Assembly: GCA_965222225.1 (NCBI GenBank) | Contig: CBDCTK010000002.1 | Span: 4,218,126-4,282,125 of the forward strand | Direction of reading: 5' to 3' | Source: Candidatus Poribacteria bacterium | GTDB lineage: Bacteria > Poribacteria > WGA-4E > JAJDTR01 | Length of the DNA stretch: 64,000 nt | Shown: positions 62,351-64,000 of the stretch, in pieces | Layout of the letters: every line of letters starts with the position of its first letter | How positions within the stretch are numbered: the stretch's first letter is position 1 | Notes under the pieces: model-generated | Database searches by the model: none | What the model was told of the DNA's origin: nothing | Seen by the model: only the letters and a program-made list of their open reading frames with translations | Translations under genes and position numbers: made by a program

Positions 62351-63142
62351 ATGACTCTTACTCCGCAACAATGCACCTTCTTCGAATCATTTGGCTATCT
62401 GATTCTACCGGACTTGATGACGGACGACGTCGCCTGGATAATTGAGGAGCATCGGAAGGTTTTTGAGCAGAAGGGCGTCAATCACGACGGATCAAAACGC
62501 TCTATGATCGTCCCATTCAGCGATCGGAGCGAGCGACTCTGCACGCTTTTAGACCATCCGAAGGTACTCGGTGCGCTGAAATCCCTACTCGGCGATGATT
62601 TCAACTACGTGGGTGGCGACGGGAACTACTACAGCGGCGAAACCGGATGGCACTCCGACGGTGGGCATCAAGTCGGTCTCTTCGCCAAATTTCATCTCTA
62701 TCTTGACCCGCTGGCACGGGATACAGGAAGCATTCGCGTGATTCCCGGCAGTCACCTTATCGGGCCGTGGAGAGACCACCTTCAGCGGACTCGTCAGCCA
62801 AACGAACTATTAGGAGTACCGGGACGCGATGTTCCATGCATCGCCGCTGAAACCGAACCCGGCGATGTTGTTGTGTTCAATCATAACATTTACCACGCCT
62901 CTTTCGGTGGGGGCACTGCTCGCCGCCACATGTGCCTCAACGTGACGAGCCGAGCAAGAACCGAAGCCGAAATCAACGAACTTGACAGCTACCTACGCCC
63001 GGGCGGAAGACCGAAGCATTGGCCCGGAAAATATGCGCCCGGCGCACAAGACATCATGCGCAATACGGCTTCTCCCGAGCGGTATGTCCATCTGGAACAG
63101 GTAATTCAACGCGAGCAGTACTATATAAACGCAGCGCAATAA
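62351..63142 (+). CDS. PhyH-like oxygenase, tandem paralog 3.
   Basis: MTLTPQQCTFFESFGYLILPDLM...GWHSDGGH...NHNIYHASFGG. Confidence 0.6.
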   Translation: MTLTPQQCTFFESFGYLILPDLMTDDVAWIIEEHRKVFEQKGVNHDGSKRSMIVPFSDRSERLCTLLDHPKVLGALKSLLGDDFNYVGGDGNYYSGETGWHSDGGHQVGLFAKFHLYLDPLARDTGSIRVIPGSHLIGPWRDHLQRTRQPNELLGVPGRDVPCIAAETEPGDVVVFNHNIYHASFGGGTARRHMCLNVTSRARTEAEINELDSYLRPGGRPKHWPGKYAPGAQDIMRNTASPERYVHLEQVIQREQYYINAAQ

Positions 63143-63340
63143 ATTAAGGGAGCACCACGCACCCGCCTTTGAGTTTTGTCTATCTTTGTTTATCCCTTGT
63201 CGTTTGTGCGTCTTTTACCATCTACCAATAGGACTTACGTAGCAACAGGAGGCAGCTCCGGTGGGCAGGGATTAAGCAAGCGATAGCGCGTGCGATAGAT
63301 ATGTTTTTGCCCTGCCACGCATGGGCGGTCGCGATCGGGA

Positions 63341-63470
63341 GAGGATCTCTATGGGAACCCTATCGCACTCACTACAAGATCTACTATCGCCTTCGTTATT
63401 CACTCAGTTGATCGTTCGCTTGATCGCTCCTTATCCAGTCGCTTGATCTTACAGGGATTGTGCGCAGAAA
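63341..63470. repeat. Copy of the dispersed repeat between PhyH paralogs 3 and 4.
   Basis: gaggatctctatgggaaccctatcgcactcact...cgcttgatcgctccttatccagtcgcttgatctt. Confidence 0.55.
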
Positions 63471-63585
63471 TAGGAATTAACCTACTCTGCCGCTAGCTTT
63501 TGAGTGTTCAATCGTGTAAGTCCTATACAAACCAAAGGGGATCTGTTTCTCATCGTGCGCCACAATCCAAGGACGAAACCTCAAA

Positions 63586-64000
63586 ATGTCATTGACCCCA
63601 CAACAGTGCTCGTTCTTTGAGTCGTTCGGATACATCCTTCTGCCGCGTTTGATGACCGAAGACATTCCTTGGATAATTGAGGAACACAGAAGAGTCTTTG
63701 AGAAAAAGGGAATCGTACATGACGGAAGCAGGCGTTCTCAGATTGTGCCTTTCAGCGATCAGAGCGAGCGACTCTGTACTTTACTCGACCATCCCAAAGT
63801 GCTCGGTGTACTTACGTCGCTGCTTGGAGACGACTTCAATTATATCGGCGGCGACGGCAACTTCTACAGCGGCGACACAAACTGGCATTCCGACGGCTTT
63901 CATACAGTCGGTCTTTACGCCAAGTTTCATCTTTATCTCGACCCGCTGACGCGCGACACCGGTTGTATCCGCGTGATTCCCGGCAGCCACCTAAGTGGAC
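63586..64000 (+). CDS. PhyH-like oxygenase, tandem paralog 4, partial and running off the window end.
   Basis: MSLTPQQCSFFESFGYILLPRLM...NWHSDGFH. Confidence 0.55.
   Translation, partial: MSLTPQQCSFFESFGYILLPRLMTEDIPWIIEEHRRVFEKKGIVHDGSRRSQIVPFSDQSERLCTLLDHPKVLGVLTSLLGDDFNYIGGDGNFYSGDTNWHSDGFHTVGLYAKFHLYLDPLTRDTGCIRVIPGSHLSG

Noticed and set aside
1-64000. tRNA, rRNA or tmRNA genes.
   Set aside because: Intergenic regions were scanned by eye for T-loop GTTCRAnyC motifs in a cloverleaf context. None were found.

Overview
This 64-kb window looks like DNA from an uncultivated Gram-negative bacterium. One protein carries a T9SS (Por) C-terminal sorting domain plus dockerin-like repeats, which points to the FCB group. 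GC is about 50%. All functional calls come from reading the ORF translations and the DNA by eye, with no database searches. The window falls into three regions.

- **1 to 18.3 kb:** a minus-strand accessory island rich in defence and toxin-antitoxin genes. It holds a partial TIR-domain gene at the window edge, an OLD/RecF-like ABC ATPase, a ParE/RelE toxin-antitoxin pair and an orphan HigA-like antidote fragment. It also holds an AlbA_2/Schlafen-like ATP-binding protein, two paralogous small membrane proteins, and a compact cluster of two ThsB-like TIR genes (one truncated) with a small 3-TM membrane protein. Further along are a Panacea-domain protein, a dGTPase-like HD hydrolase and a 284-aa protein with an Rx4H HEPN-like motif. 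The island ends with a roughly 1200-aa Type IIG/PglX-like N6-adenine methyltransferase that is split by a frameshift. A 56-bp direct repeat of that methyltransferase's 3' end flanks a 4.1-kb four-gene module.
- **18.6 to 47 kb:** mostly plus-strand housekeeping and envelope genes. These include tandem lipoprotein paralogs, bacterioferritin divergent from a Rieske-fbpABC iron(III) ABC operon, PPK2, an EamA transporter, and an ECF sigma factor with its anti-sigma. There is also an IS1595 transposase, an SPFH protein, folB, waaA, trxA, a decayed SDR pseudogene and a TolC-HlyD-ABC ATPase trio with no permease. The region also contains a giant WD40-dockerin-T9SS protein, a beta-RFAP-synthase-like GHMP kinase and an FG-GAP protein.
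- **47 to 64 kb:** an oxygenase/hydrolase island. It holds at least nine phytanoyl-CoA-dioxygenase-like (PhyH) genes, including a tandem array of four near-identical paralogs. It also holds DJ-1/PfpI, ThuA, an MBL-fold hydrolase, an amidohydrolase and a GH36-like glycosidase.

A modular family of dispersed, hairpin-ending intergenic repeats recurs at least 13 times across the window. The best candidate for an undescribed system is the TIR / small-membrane-protein / TIR cluster at 7.2 to 9.7 kb, which lacks any SIR2, SLOG or Macro partner.
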